From Macrostomum lignano (lineage: Eukaryota), in assembly GCA_002269645.1 (NCBI GenBank), contig NIVC01001295.1, positions 1 to 64,000 on the forward strand: a stretch of DNA of 64,000 nt, read 5' to 3'. A program made the translations under genes and the position numbers. Positions 40,401 through 52,645 of this stretch are shown one piece after another. The notes beneath the pieces were generated by a model. It was not told the origin of the DNA, did no database searches, and worked only from the letters and a program-made list of their open reading frames with translations. Every line of letters starts with the position of its first letter. Position 1 is the first letter of the stretch.

Positions 40401-43400
40401 CCCCCTTCGCCCGCCACCCTCAGGTGCTGGTGAGCAACCAGGAGGCGGAGTTCAGCAGCCCCCAGCTGGTGTCGCGGGTCAGCCAGCTGTTCTCCACGAA
40501 GGCGGCCAGCCTCGCCCCGGGCGCTCCCGGCTCTCGCAGAGGCTCCGCTATCGACCCGGACGACGCCTCGGGCGGCCGGCGTGCCTGCCGGGTGTTGCAG
40601 TCGAAGGCCGCCGAGAACCTCGGCATCGCGCTGGCCTCGCTGCGGCTGACGCCCGAGGAGGCCGCCAGGCGGATCATCGAGTGCGACGAGCAGCGGCTGC
40701 CCCTCAACTTTGTGGAGCTGCTGCTCAGGTGAGCTGGTTGCTCTTTTTTAGATATTGGTGACTTTTTACCGCTGTCGTGTCCCAGATCCAAATGCGTCAG
40801 TCAGTTCAATGGGTCAGTTCAAGGACTCCCAAATCCCAATGGGTCAGTTCAAGGGCTCCCAAATCCCGATGGGTCAGTTCAAGGACTCCCAAATCCCAAT
40901 GGGTCAGTTCAAGGACTCCCAAATCCCAATGGGTCAGTTCAAGGACTCCCAAATCCCAATGGGTAGGTTCAAGGACTCCCAAATCCCAATGGGTAGGTTC
41001 AAGGACTCCCAAATCCCAATGGGTCAGTTCAAGGACTCCCAAATCCCAATGGGTCAGTTCAAGGACTCCCAAATCCCAATGGGTCAGTTCAAGGACTCCC
41101 AAATCCCAATGGGTAGGTTCAAGGGCTCCCAAATCCCAATGGGTCAGTTCAAGGGCTCCCATATCCCAATGGGTCGGTTCAAGGGCTCCCAGATATCGAT
41201 GGGTCAGTTCAAGGACTTTTAGATCCCAATGGGTCAGTTCAAGGACTTTTAGATCCTAATGGGTCAGTTCAAGGACTTTTAGATCCCAATGGGTCAGTTC
41301 AAGGACTTTTAGATCCCAATGGGTCAGTTCAAGGACTCCCAAATCCCAATGGGTCAGTTCAAGGACTCTTAGATCCCAATGGGTCAGTTCAAGGACTCCC
41401 AAATCCCAATGGGTCAGTTCAAGGACTCCCAAATCCCAATGGGTCAGTTCAAGGACTCCCAAATCCCAATGGGTCAGTTCAAGGACTCCCAAATCCCAAT
41501 GGGTCAGTTCAAGGACTCTTAAATCCCAATGGGTCAGTTCAAGGGCTCCCATATCCCAATGGGTCAGTTCAAGGATTCTTAGATCCCAATGGGTCAGTTC
41601 AAGGGCTCCAAAATCCCAATGGGTCAGTTCAAGGACTCCCAAATCCCAATGGGTAGGTTCAAGGGCTCCCAAATCCCAATGGGTCAGTTCAAGGGCTCCC
41701 AAATCCCAATGGGTCGGTTCAAGGGCTCCCAGATATCAATGGGTCAGTTCAAGGACTTTTAGATCCCAATGGGTCAGTTCAAGGACTTTTAGATCCTAAT
41801 GGGTCAGTTCAAAGACTTTTAGATCCCAATGGGTCAGTTCAAGGACTTTTAGATCCCAATGGGTCAGTTCAAGGACTCCCAAATCCCAATGGGTCAGTTC
41901 AAGGACTCTTAGATCCCAATGGGTCAGTTCAAGGACTCCCAAATCCCAATGGGTCAGTTCAAGGACTCCCAAATCCCAATGGGTCAGTTCAAGGACTCCC
42001 AAATCCCAATGGGTCAGTTCAAGGACTCCCAAATCCCAATGGGTCAGTTCAAGGACTCTTAAATCCCAATGGGTCAGTTCAAGGGCTCCCATATCCCAAT
42101 GGGTCAGTTCAAGGATTCTTAGATCCCAATGGGTCAGTTCAAGGGCTCCCAAATCCCAATGGGCCAGTTCAAGGACTCCCAAGTCCCAGTGGTAAGTTCA
42201 AGGACTCCCAGATCCCCAGATCCCCATTGCACCATATATTAATATTCGAAATCTCGCAGATCTCTGCCAGAGGACTCGGACATGCAGAGCCTGGCCGGCC
42301 TGTCCGACCAGCTGTCCGAGCTGCCCGAGCCTGAGCAGTTCCTCAGCCGTCTGGCCGTCGGGCTGCCCGGGCCGCCAGCGGCCGCCAAGCAGCGGGCGGC
42401 CTGTCTGCAGTTCAAACTGCAGCTGCCGGACCTGCTGGCTGACCTGCGGCCCGGCCTGGCCGCCGCGATCGACTGCCTGCGGACTGTGCGGACCAGCCAG
42501 CGCCTGCGGCAGGTGAGACTCCGGCTTGGATCTGTGGCACAGGGATCTGGGAAACTGTTGATCTGACAGCAGTCTCTCTCACCTGTCTCCATCCCCAGGT
42601 GTTGCTGGGCACCCTGTCCCTCGGCAACATCCTCAACTCCGGCTCGCGCAGCCTCGGCCGCTGCTTCGCCTTCCACGTGTCCTGCCTGCCGCAGCTGGCC
42701 GACCTGCGCGACTCCAACGGCCTCAGCCTGCTGTGCGCCCTGGCCGACCAGCTGTGGCGGAAGTGGCCGGACTCGCTCGCTCTGCCGGACGAATTCCGCA
42801 AGCTGGACCTGGCGGCCCGCGTCACCGAGGAGGCGGTGGACGAGGCAGTCAAGGAGGTCCGCGAGCGCTGCCGCCTGCTGGGCGAGGCGCTGCGCAAGTT
42901 CAAGCCGGCCGGGCCCAGGGACGCCTTCAAGGTGGGGCACTGAGGGTCTGGGTGGGGCACTGAGGGTCTATGTGGGGCACTGAGGGTCTGCGTGGGGCAC
43001 TGAGGGTCTGCGTGGGGCACTGAGGGTCTATGTGGGGCACTGAGGGTCTGAGTAGGGCACTGAGGGTCTGGGTGGGGCACTGATGGATCTGGGTGGGGCA
43101 CTGAGGGTCTAGGTGGGGCACTGATGGATCTGGGTGGGGCACTGAGGGTCAAGGTGGGGCACTGAGGGTCAAGGTGGGGCGCTGAGGGTCTGAGTGGGGC
43201 ACTGAGGGTCTGAGTGGGGCACTGACGCCACTGAGGGTCTGAGTAGGGCACTGATGGGTCTGGGTGGGGCACTGAGGGATCTGGGTGGGGCACTGAGGGT
43301 CTGGGTGGGGCACTGATGGATCTGGGTGGGGCACTGAGGGTCTGGGTGGGGCGCTGAGGGTCTGGGTGGGGCGCTGAGGGTCTGGGTGGGGCACTGAGGG

Positions 43401-44447
43401 TCAAGGTGGGGCGCTGAGGGTCTGGGTGGGGCACTGAGGGTCTGGGTGGGGCACTGAGGGTCAAGGTGGGGGTTCTGAGGGTCTGGGTGGGGCACTGAGT
43501 ATCTGGGGACACTGAGGGTCTGAGTGGGGCACTGACGGGTCTTGGGGGCACTGAAGGCCTGTGTGTTGCACTGAGGGTCTGGGTGGGGCACTGAGGGTCA
43601 AGGTGGGGCGCTGAGGGTCTGGGTGGGGCACTGAGGGTCTGGGTGGGGCACTGAGTATCTGGGGACACTGAGGGTCTGAGTGGGGCACTGACGGGTCTTG
43701 GGGGCACTGAAGGCCTGTGTGTTGCACTGAGGTTCTGCGTGTAGCAGTTTATGGGGCATTCCCACTAACCCCAACCGCATCCCCATATATCCCCACCGCC
43801 CGCAGTCCTGCATGGAGCCGTTCCACAAGTACGCCAGCTCGGTCCTGGACTCGCTGGAGGCGTCCCGCCGTCAGCTGCGCGAGGAGTTCCAGGCCACAGC
43901 GGACTACCTGGCGCTGGACGCCAGCAAGTACCGGCCTGAGCTGCTGCTGGCCGACCTGCGCAGCTTCATTGACGCCTTCGAGGCCGCCGCCACTGCGGAG
44001 GAGCAGCGCAGGAGCCGGGCGGCGGCCGCCGAGGCCGCTGCGGCTGCGGCGGCGGCGTCGTCCGGTACAGCCGGAGCCTCATCGACAGCGTCCTGGAGGC
44101 GGCAGCAGCCGCAGAAGCCGCAGCAGCAGCAGCGAGGCAAGGAGAACGGCGGTTGCGGCGGCGAAGATTCGGACAGTCTGGGCCTGGTGGACAACCTGCT
44201 GGAGGTGCTGAAGAGCGGCCGGGCCTTCAACACGCCGCACAGCGGCAGGCGGACGCCGCGGCAGGGTGCGGAGCGTCGGGCGCACCTGTTGTCCGGCTCG
44301 CAGCTGCAGGCTGAGGCGGCCGTGTCGCCCTCTCAGCAGCAGCAGCAGCAGCAGCAACAACGGCAGCAGCAGCGGCAGCGTCAGTCGGAGGCGGCGGCCG
44401 CCACAACCGCCGCGGTGCTGGCGAGCCTGCGCGACGACTTCCAGTGA
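35394..44447 (+). CDS. DIAPH: Diaphanous-related formin (GBD/DID-FH1-FH2-DAD), ~1171 aa after correcting two 1-nt frameshifts, 9 exons
   Basis: Exons 35394-35912, 36496-36741, 37555-37988, 38404-38947, 39734-39971, 40424-40728, 42260-42512, 42599-42931, 43806-44447 (3514 nt, +2 restores frame). Motifs: [22 protein letters not shown] (DID), poly-Pro FH1, [29 protein letters not shown], and [19 protein letters not shown] (cf. GVMDSLLEALQSGAAF). An acceptor at 35379 suggests a further upstream exon. Confidence 0.92.
35925..36415. repeat. Two adjacent minisatellites in Diaphanous intron 1 (17-18 bp GCTGGGACCTGATGAGG, then 16-18 bp GG(G/A)GTGTGGGTATCT(G))
   Basis: Read directly at ~35925-36075 and ~36115-36415. 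Confidence 0.9.
36750..37490. repeat. (TCTG)n-based microsatellite in Diaphanous intron 2
   Basis: Direct; source of the CLSV/LSVC shadow ORFs. Confidence 0.97.
38095..38410 (+). repeat. 28-30-bp minisatellite built from the 3' splice site of Diaphanous intron 3
   Basis: Unit CAATTCCCGGTTTTC(T/C)CTTCCAG|GAGCAG; the last copy is the real acceptor (TTCCAG|GAGCAAG at 38403/38404). Confidence 0.9.
38985..39705. repeat. ~28-bp-based compound minisatellite in Diaphanous intron 4
   Basis: CCTCAGT(T/G)G(C)TGGGCCAGCCTC(C/T)CAGAT units with longer duplicated blocks. Confidence 0.9.
40074..40365 (+). mobile_element. tRNA-derived SINE with a CORE-like domain in Diaphanous intron 5
   Basis: A-box TGCCTAGTGGT (40082-40092) and B-box GGTTCGACTCC (40124-40134). 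The anticodon arm pairs poorly, so it is not a tRNA. Then GAGCAAGACAGTTAACTC...CAGTTCACCCAGCTGTAAAATGGG, resembling the CORE consensus, and an A-rich 3' end. Confidence 0.8.
40800..42210. repeat. 30-bp minisatellite (~47 copies) in Diaphanous intron 6
   Basis: Unit ATCCCAATGGGTCAGTTCAAGGACTCCCAA, with a duplicated block of variants. Confidence 0.97.
42928..43735 (+). repeat. 20-bp minisatellite starting at, and containing, the 5' splice site of Diaphanous intron 8
   Basis: Unit GGTGGGGCACTGAGGGTCT(G/A); several copies restore CAAG|GTGGGG exactly as at the real donor (42931/42932). Confidence 0.92.
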
Positions 44448-44464
44448 GGCGGGGCCGCGCAGCT

Positions 44465-44545
44465 CCTGATTTCCGTGACCCCCCCTGATTTCCGTGACCG
44501 CCCCCTGATTTCCGTGACCCCCTGATTTCCGTGACCCCCCCCCCC
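44465..44545. repeat. ~19-bp repeat x4 in the Diaphanous 3' UTR
   Basis: CCTGATTTCCGTGACC(C)n. Confidence 0.85.
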
Positions 44546-45504
44546 GCCTTTTTCTGTTGGCGGTGAAATTTTCTCTCTGAGTTTTTTGTTTTGTTAAATA
44601 AGAGCAGACAGCAGCGAATGCTATGGACTTGTGCTGGTGAGATACTACTGGAGTTCATTAGATAAATTAATTCCCCTACTGGCAATTAAAAGAATACCCC
44701 TTTGATAAGTGTAAAAATACGAGTACCCTCAAAAATATGTAAATAAAAAATTTTTTATAAGCTGGGAAAAAACATTACCTATATTAATAACCAAGAAAAA
44801 TACCCCCTATAGTAACTAAGAAAAATACCCTCAACTGCAACTAAAAAATACCCCTATAGTAACTAAGAAAAATACAGACGTATTTCACACCGTCAGAAAA
44901 AATGGCCTACTATTTTCGATTGAAAAATACCCCCTACTGTCAGTAGTAGAAAGTGCGTCTCTTATATCAGGCGGCAGCCTGGCTGTTCGAAATTCTATTC
45001 ATTCCTAGAAACTGCGGTCTCCCCGATCTGCTACAGCTGGTTTTATTTCGATCAGCTCATCTTGTACTTTTGTTTTAATTCTTGACGCATTTCTGGCCTG
45101 GCACTGCAAAACCTATTGCTCAAGTACAGCGGCTCCATCCTCAGCATTTTCCTGAATGTTCCTTCAGAATTGCGTGCGCAGGATTTGCAGGAGCTCAACA
45201 GCAGATTTTATGGCTCTTATTTTTTTAAGCCTCCTTTTTTGTCGCTCAATTTTGCCGGCCGCTCTGAGATTTCAAATTTGAATTTTTTGCTAAATTAATT
45301 TGCAATCAGCGCGGCTGATTTAGTTTGTAATATTCCCAACTCTCTACTGCTGGTTTTCTATGCGTGAAATGCGCCCTGGGCGAGTCTCAATTCGATGAAG
45401 AAATATAATTGTTTATTATTATTCATATACTGGCCGCTGATTTTCTGCAGGCATCAAAATCTGCTTTGCTTCAGCTTCAGTACTGTCTGCGGGCTTAGTC
45501 TATT

Positions 45505-46942
45505 TGGATTGCTAATCTAGCCTGCATGGATGATGCAGGAACAGAATGGATTGCTAATCTAGCCTGCATGGATGATGCAGGAACAGAATGGATTGCTAAT
45601 CTAGCCTGCATGGATGATGCAGGAACAGAATGGATTGCTAATCTAGCCTGCATGGATGATGCAGGAATAGAATGGATTGCTAATCTAGCCTGCATGGATG
45701 ATACAGGAATAGAATGGATTGCTAATCTAGCCTGCATGGATGATGCAGGAATAGAATGGATTGCTAATCTAGCCTGCATGGACGATGCAGGAATAGAATG
45801 GATTGCTAGTCTAGCCTGCATGGATGATGCAGGAATAGAATGGATTGCTAATCTAGCCTGCATGGATGATGCAGGAATAGAATGGATTGCTAATCTAGCC
45901 TGCATGGATGATGCAGGAATAGAATGGATTGCTAATCTAGCCTGCATGGATGATGCAGGAATAGAATGGATTGCTAATCTAGCCTGCATGGATGATGCAG
46001 GAATAGAATGGATTGCTAATCTAGCCTGCATGGATGATACAGGAATAGAATGGATTGCTAATCTAGCCTGCATGGATGATGCAGGAATAGAATGGATTGC
46101 TAATCTAGCCTGCATGGATGATACAGGAATAGAATGGATTGCTAATCTAGCCTGCATGGATGATGCAGGAATAGAATGGATTGCTAATCTAGCCTGCATG
46201 GACGATGCAGGAATAGAATGGATTGCTAGTCTAGCCTGCATGGATGATGCAGGAATAGAATGGATTGCTAATCTAGCCTGCATGGATGATGCAGGAATAG
46301 AATGGATTGCTAATCTAGCCTGCATGGATGATGCAGGAATAGAATGGATTGCTAATCTAGCCTGCATGGATGATGCAGGAATAGAATGGATTGCTAATCT
46401 AGCCTGCATGGATGATGCAGGAATAGAATGGATTGCTAATCTAGCCTGCATGCAGGAATAGAATGGATTGCTAATCTAGCCTGCATGGATGATGCAGGAA
46501 TAGAATGGATTGCTAATCTAGCCTGCATGCAGGAATAGAATGGATTGCTAATCTAGCCTGCATGCAGGAATAGAATGGATTGCTAATCTAGCCTGCATGG
46601 ATGATGCAGGAATAGAATGGATTGCTAATCTAGCCTGCATGGATGATGCAGGAATAGAATGGATTGCTAATCTAGCCTGCATGGATGATGCAGGAATAGA
46701 ATGGATTGCTAATCTAGCCTGCATGGATGATGCAGGAATAGAATGGATTGCTAATCTAGCCTGCATGCAGGAACAGAATGGATTGCTAATCTAGCCTGCA
46801 TGGATGATGCAGGAATAGAATGGATTGCTAATCTAGCCTGCATGCAGGAATAGAATGGATTGCTAATCTAGCCTGCATGCAGGAATAGAATGGATTGCTA
46901 ATCTAGCCTGCATGCAGGAACAGAATGGATTGCTAATCTAGC
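45505..46942. repeat. 42-bp hairpin-containing satellite (~34 copies), intergenic
   Basis: Unit GATTGCTAATCTAGCCTGCATGGATGATGCAGGAATAGAATG, with 35-bp deletion variants distally. No spacers. Confidence 0.97.
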
Positions 46943-47268
46943 TTGAAAACTATAGAGAAATGTAGATTTTTAATCTCTGCATGATATTTCATAGTAAAAA
47001 GACCCCACGATCTACATAAAATACTCGTGAAATGAGATCCTCTGCATTCTTCAAAGGCCAGCAAGGATTTAAACTGAGCCACGGGAGCTCTGACAGTGCG
47101 GTCAGACTCAATGAGGCCCGGATCTTCCAGCTGTCAGCTCGTCTCCGGCTAAGCCAGTGTGAAATCTGAGACCTCGAAGCCGCTCTGGGGTCCCCTGTGA
47201 AGGCGGGCAATATATTCTGCGCGGCATGTTGGGATTTCATAGCAAGAATTTTCCTCTCCCTGATCCCC

Positions 47269-48370
47269 ATGACACCGCGCCAGCCGCTCCGCCTGCTGCT
47301 GGTCACCCTGGCAGCCGTGGCCGCCCTGGCGTGGCTCCTCCTTGCGCAGCCACGGCTGGCCGGCCCGGCCTCGCCCGGCCGCATCTTTTGCCTGATTCTG
47401 GCCGCCCGGGACAGCCTGGAGACGCGGGCGGCCGCGGTGAACCAGACCTGGGCGGCCGGCTGCGACGACTGGCTGTTCGTGGTCAGCGGCCGGGGCGCCG
47501 CACGGAGAGTCCGGAGCGGCCCCGGCTTCCTGCCGCTGTTGGGTGCGCATAGTCAATTCGGCATTCAATTATCGCAGACCCGCATTAGCAGGTAGCAGCA
47601 GATAAAACTGAGACTGGCAGATATTAGGCATGATTTGGGCTCAGCACTGAGGAATTCGGGGCGAGGGTCTCAGACTGACAGACAGCGTAAGTTCAGCATG
47701 AGTCATCATTGGAGATCGCCTTCTGACGAGTAGCAGGAAAATCTGGTTGAAGAGGATCCTTGAACCGAGTCTGCAAGTACAGTAGCTAAAAAATACATGC
47801 AGAAAATTGAACCTGTTTTTGAGCCTTGTTGACAATGGATCAAAATTCTTGAATCAAAATTCAACGGTCCTGGCCCGTTGCCAAATACTCTCGTATGCAG
47901 AGACAGATGGACAGGCAGACAGACAGACAGGCAGACAGATGGACAGGCAGACAGACAGACAGACAGACAGACAGACAGGCAGACAGACAGACAGACAGAC
48001 AGGCAGGCAGACAGACAGGCAGACAGGCAGACAGACAGACAGGCAGGCAGACAGACAGACAGACAGACAGACAGGCAGACAGACAGGCAGGCAGCCAAAA
48101 CAGCCAGACAGACAGACAGACAGACAGGCAGGCAGGCAGACAGACAGACAGACAGACAGGCAGACAGACAGACAGACAGACAGACAGGCAGACAGACAGA
48201 CAGACAGACAGGCAGGCAGACAGACAGGCAGACAGGCAGACAGACAGACAGGCAGGCAGACAGACAGACAGACAGACAGACAGGCAGACAGACAGGCAGG
48301 CAGCCAAAACAGCCAGACAGACAGACAGACAGACAGGCAGGCAGGCAGACAGACAGACAGACAGACAGGC

Positions 48371-48423
<53 letters not shown>

Positions 48424-50255
48424 GGCAGACGCATACAAACCTTCAGACACAGGCAGATTAGAAAGCTTTCGTAGCCGACTTGCCCTTCCACCTTATTAAT
48501 TTTCTTCTGATCTGAAAATTTCCTGAACCAGCAGAAGTTGCCGCACCGGAGGGCCGCGCTCACCTGTGGCGGAAAGTCCGCCTCGCCTTCCAGTTTGCTG
48601 GCGCGCACCTGCTCGCCGACTTCGACTACTTCCTCAAGGCTGACGTGGACACCTTCGTGCTGATGCCGAATCTGCGCAGCTTCCTGCTGAGCCTCGGCCG
48701 GCGCCCGGACTCCGCCTGGTGGACCGGCCGGTTACTGCGCCTGCGGCTGGGAACGCCGCAGCGGTGGCGCTGGCAGCGCTACATGTCGGGCGGCGCTGGC
48801 TACGCGCTGTCCAGAGGCGCCGTTCGCAACCTGCTGGCAGACAGGGCTGGCAAAGACTGCGGCACGGTGACCTCCGAGGACGTCAACATGGGTGAGCCTG
48901 GGCGGCATGTACATTGTGCAAGCTTCTGCTGCGAGTCTTCTGCTGCATCACGCGGCTGCGCCTGGATGCTGGCGCAGCTTCTGTGGACAGCCGGCGGTCA
49001 GCAACCAATCAAATATGCCTGTTCTCTCCGAATTCGTACACACAGGAGTTAAAATAACACTCCCAGTTATTGTTGCCTGCCCACAGACACTGACACTTAG
49101 GACACTTAAGGCCTTTTACATTACTGCTAGTAGCTCCGACACTAGTACACTAGGATTCTAGGACTCTAGGACACTAGGACTCTAGGAACCTAGGACTATA
49201 GGACACTAGGACTCAAAGACTCTAGGACTCTAGGACTTTAGGACTCTAGGACTATAGGACTCTAGGACTCTAGGACTATAGGACTATAGGACACTAGGAA
49301 ACTAGGGCACTAGGACCCTAGGACTCTAGGACACTAGGACACTAGGAAACTAGGGCACTAGGGCACCAAGAAACTAGGACACTAGGACACTAGGACTCTA
49401 GGACACTAGGACACTAGAACACTAGGACACTAGGACACTAGAACACTAGAACACTAGGAAACTAGGAAACTAGGACACTAGGACACTAGGACACTAGGAG
49501 ACTAGGGCACTAGGACACCAAGAAACTAGGACACTAGGAGACTAGGGCACTAGGTCACCAAGAAACTAGGACACTAAGACACTAGGACACTAGAACACTA
49601 GGAAACTAGGAAACTAGGACACTAGGACACTAGGACACTAGGAGACTAGGGCACTAGGTCACCAAGAAACTAGGACACTAAGACACTAGGACACTAGAAC
49701 ACTAAGACACTAGGGCACTAGGACACTAGGACACTGGGACACTAGGAATCTAGGAAATTAAGAGACTAGGAACAGGGACTATGAACAGAGACTAGGACAC
49801 AGACGAAACACAGACACAAAGACCGACAATACTCTAGCAGCAAGTTATAATCGTAGCGGCCGCAAAATTTCAGGAATCTGCATGGAACGCCGTGGCGTTG
49901 AGTTCGCCGACTCGTTCGACCCCGGCAGCGAGGGTGGCGAGCGATTCCATCCGATGAGCTTCGCCAGCCACCTGGACTTCGGTGCCGCGCCCACAACGCA
50001 CTGGCTGTGGCAGTACAGCGTGCGGCCTGTGAGATCGGTGAGACGGGGACACTTTTGCTACACCGGCCTTCTTTCGAGTAAAGTTCTTTCGAACTTTTCG
50101 TTCCCATTGCGCTGCAGGGCCTGCGGTGCTGCAGCAGCTCCTCGATTTCATTCCACTACGTGTCGCCGCAGGAGATGCGCACCTTCCACTTCCTGCTCTA
50201 CACGCTGAGGAGAGGGCGGTGGCCAGTGCCATGCAGCCGGCTGCTTTGTTTATAA
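47269..50255 (+). CDS. C1GALT1: Core 1 beta-1,3-galactosyltransferase (C1GALT1-like, GT31), 310 aa, 4 exons
   Basis: Exons 47269-47542, 48535-48891, 49874-50037, 50118-50255 (933 nt, phase-consistent). N-terminal TM anchor, then RIFCLIL, TWAAGCD, EGRAHLWRK, FLKADVDTF, YMSGGAGYALS, EDVNMGICM, ERFHP, CCS...SFHYV: the C1GALT1 motif order. Confidence 0.92.
47890..48430. repeat. (GACA)n-based microsatellite in C1GALT1-like intron 1
   Basis: Direct; source of the DRQT/CLSV shadow ORFs. Confidence 0.97.
49090..49790. repeat. 9-bp (CTAGGACA/CT)-based repeat in C1GALT1-like intron 2
   Basis: CTAGGACAC/CTAGGACTC/CTAGGAAAC variants in tandem. Confidence 0.93.
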
Positions 50256-50466
50256 AAAATTGTGCAATCCTAGCATATAGCAGAGTTTTTGATGTATTGA
50301 TTGCTTAGTTACTTTTTATTCACTGGGCAGTTTTACCGGTATGAGTAATCTGAATGAAGTTTGACAATGCGCGAAACGATTCTCATTATACGTAAGTTGA
50401 TGACTGGCTACAAGCATGCTGCTTGAAAGCACATGACATGGTTGCAAAGACCAAGGAGGACAATTA

Positions 50467-52190
50467 ACCGACCCTGTTCTGATGTGCAGTTTGAATGCTA
50501 GACCGATGAACCGATTCTGTTCTGATGTGCAATTTGAATGCTAGACCGATGAACCGATTCTGTTCTGATGTGCAATTTGAATGCTAGACCGATGAACCGA
50601 TTCTGTTCTGATGTGCAATTTGAATGCTAGACCGATGAACCGATTCTGTTCTGATGTATAATTAGAATGATAGACCGATGAACCGATTCTGTTCTGATGT
50701 ACAATTAGAATGCTAGACCGATAAACCGATTCTGTTCTGATGTACAATTAAAATGCTAGACCGATGAACCGATTCTGTTCTGATGTACAATTAAAATGCT
50801 AGACCGATAAACCGATTCTGTTCTGATGTACAATTAAAATGCTAGACCGATAAACCGATTCTGTTCTGATGTGCAATTTGAATGCTAGACCGATGAACCA
50901 ATCCTGTTCTGATGTACAATTAGAATGCTAGACCGATGAACCGATTCTGTTCTGATGTACAATTAGAATGCTAGACCGATAAACCGATTCTGTTCTGATG
51001 TGCAATTTGAATGATAGACCGATGAACCGATTTTGTTCTGATGTACAATTAGAATGCTAGACCGATAAACCGATTCTGTTCTGATGTGCAATTTGAATGC
51101 TAGACCGATGAACCGATTCTGTTCTGATGTGCAATTTGAATGCTAGACGATGAACCGATTCTGTTCTGATGTGCAATTGGAATGCTAGACCGATGAACCG
51201 ATTCTGTTCTGATGTGCAATTTGAATGATAGACCGATGAACCGATTCTGTTCTGATGTGCAATTAGAATGCTAGACCGATGAACTGATTCTGTTCTGATG
51301 TGCAATTTGAATGCTAGACCGATGAACCGATTCTGTTCTGATGTACAATTAGAATGCTAGACCGATAAACCGATTCTGTTCTGATGTGCAATTGGAATGC
51401 TAGACCGATGAACCGATTCTGTTCTGATGTGCAATTTGAATGCTAGACCGATGAACCGATTCTGTTCTGATGTGCAATTAGAATGCTAGACCGATGAACT
51501 GATTCTGTTCTGATGTGCAATTTGAATGCTAGACCGATAAACCGATTCTGTTCTGATGTGCAGTTTGAATGCTAGACCGATAAACCGATTCTGTTCTGAT
51601 GTGCAATTTGAATGCTAGACCGATGAACCGATTCTGTTCTGATGTGCAATTTGAATGCTAGACCGATGAACCGATTCTGTTCTGATGTGCAATTTGAATG
51701 CTAGACCGATGAACCGATTCTGTTCTGATGTGCAATTTGAATGCTAGACCGATGAACCGATTCTGTTCTGATGTACAATTAGAATGCTAGACCGATAAAC
51801 CGATTCTGTTCTGATGTGCAATTTGAATGCTGAACCGATAAACCGATTCTGTTCTGATGTGCAATTTGAATGCTAGACCGATAAACCGATTCTGTTCTGA
51901 TGTGCAATTTGAATGCTAGACCGATGAACCGATTCTGTTCTGATGTGCAATTTGAATGCTAGACCGATGAACCGATTCTGTTCTGATGTGCAATTTGAAT
52001 GCTAGACCGATGAACCGATTCTGTTCTGATGTGCAATTTGAATGCTAGACCGATAAACCGATTCTGTTCTGATGTGCAATTTGAATGCTAGACCGATGAA
52101 CCGATTCTGTTCTGATGTGCAATTTGAATGCTAGACCGATGAACCGATTCTGTTCTGATGTGCAATTTGAATGCTAGACCGATGAACCGA
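50467..52190. repeat. 43-bp satellite (~40 copies), intergenic
   Basis: Unit GATGTGCAATTTGAATGCTAGACCGATGAACCGATTCTGTTCT. Confidence 0.97.
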
Positions 52191-52645
52191 TAATTGCTCC
52201 AGCATGAAATTGAAGCCAGACCGAGGTCTGCTAAACTCTGCCGTCACGGTTCAAAGCAGGTTAGTAGGCATGTGGCGGTCGGGGGCACCCCAATGCCTGA
52301 TCTTTTGTACGCTAAAATCTATTTATTGTACGTTCCAATTTTATTTGTGATGTCAGTTAACATTTGAGCTTTTGAATCTACGAAAATGAATTGGAACATT
52401 GATTTCTTAGAAACTATACATTCAAACATGCAGATGTTCCTAAACTCTAAGGAGCTTCGAACTCTTTTTTGAAATCAGTTTTTGTCTGCTTCGTAGTCAT
52501 TTCACCGAGCCGTAGCTTCTCTACGCATAAACGCTTACGTCAATGTACGGCGTACCGTATTATGCGCTTGTGCACTCCATTTTCGAGAGTAATTAGGACA
52601 GAAAAGTACAAGTGGGAAATTTTCTGCCAACTGACACTCGGCATA

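Noticed and set aside
44676-44946. Possible MITE with a 9-bp inverted end and AAAAATACCC motifs
   Set aside because: The inverted match is too short and there is no TSD.
45495-46945. CRISPR-like hairpin repeat, and 311/318-aa ORFs on both strands
   Set aside because: Units are contiguous with no unique spacers, there are no cas genes, and the context is eukaryotic. The ORFs stay open only because the unit is 42 bp and lacks stops in those frames.
50467-52190. 43-bp array as a CRISPR
   Set aside because: Head-to-tail satellite with no spacers.
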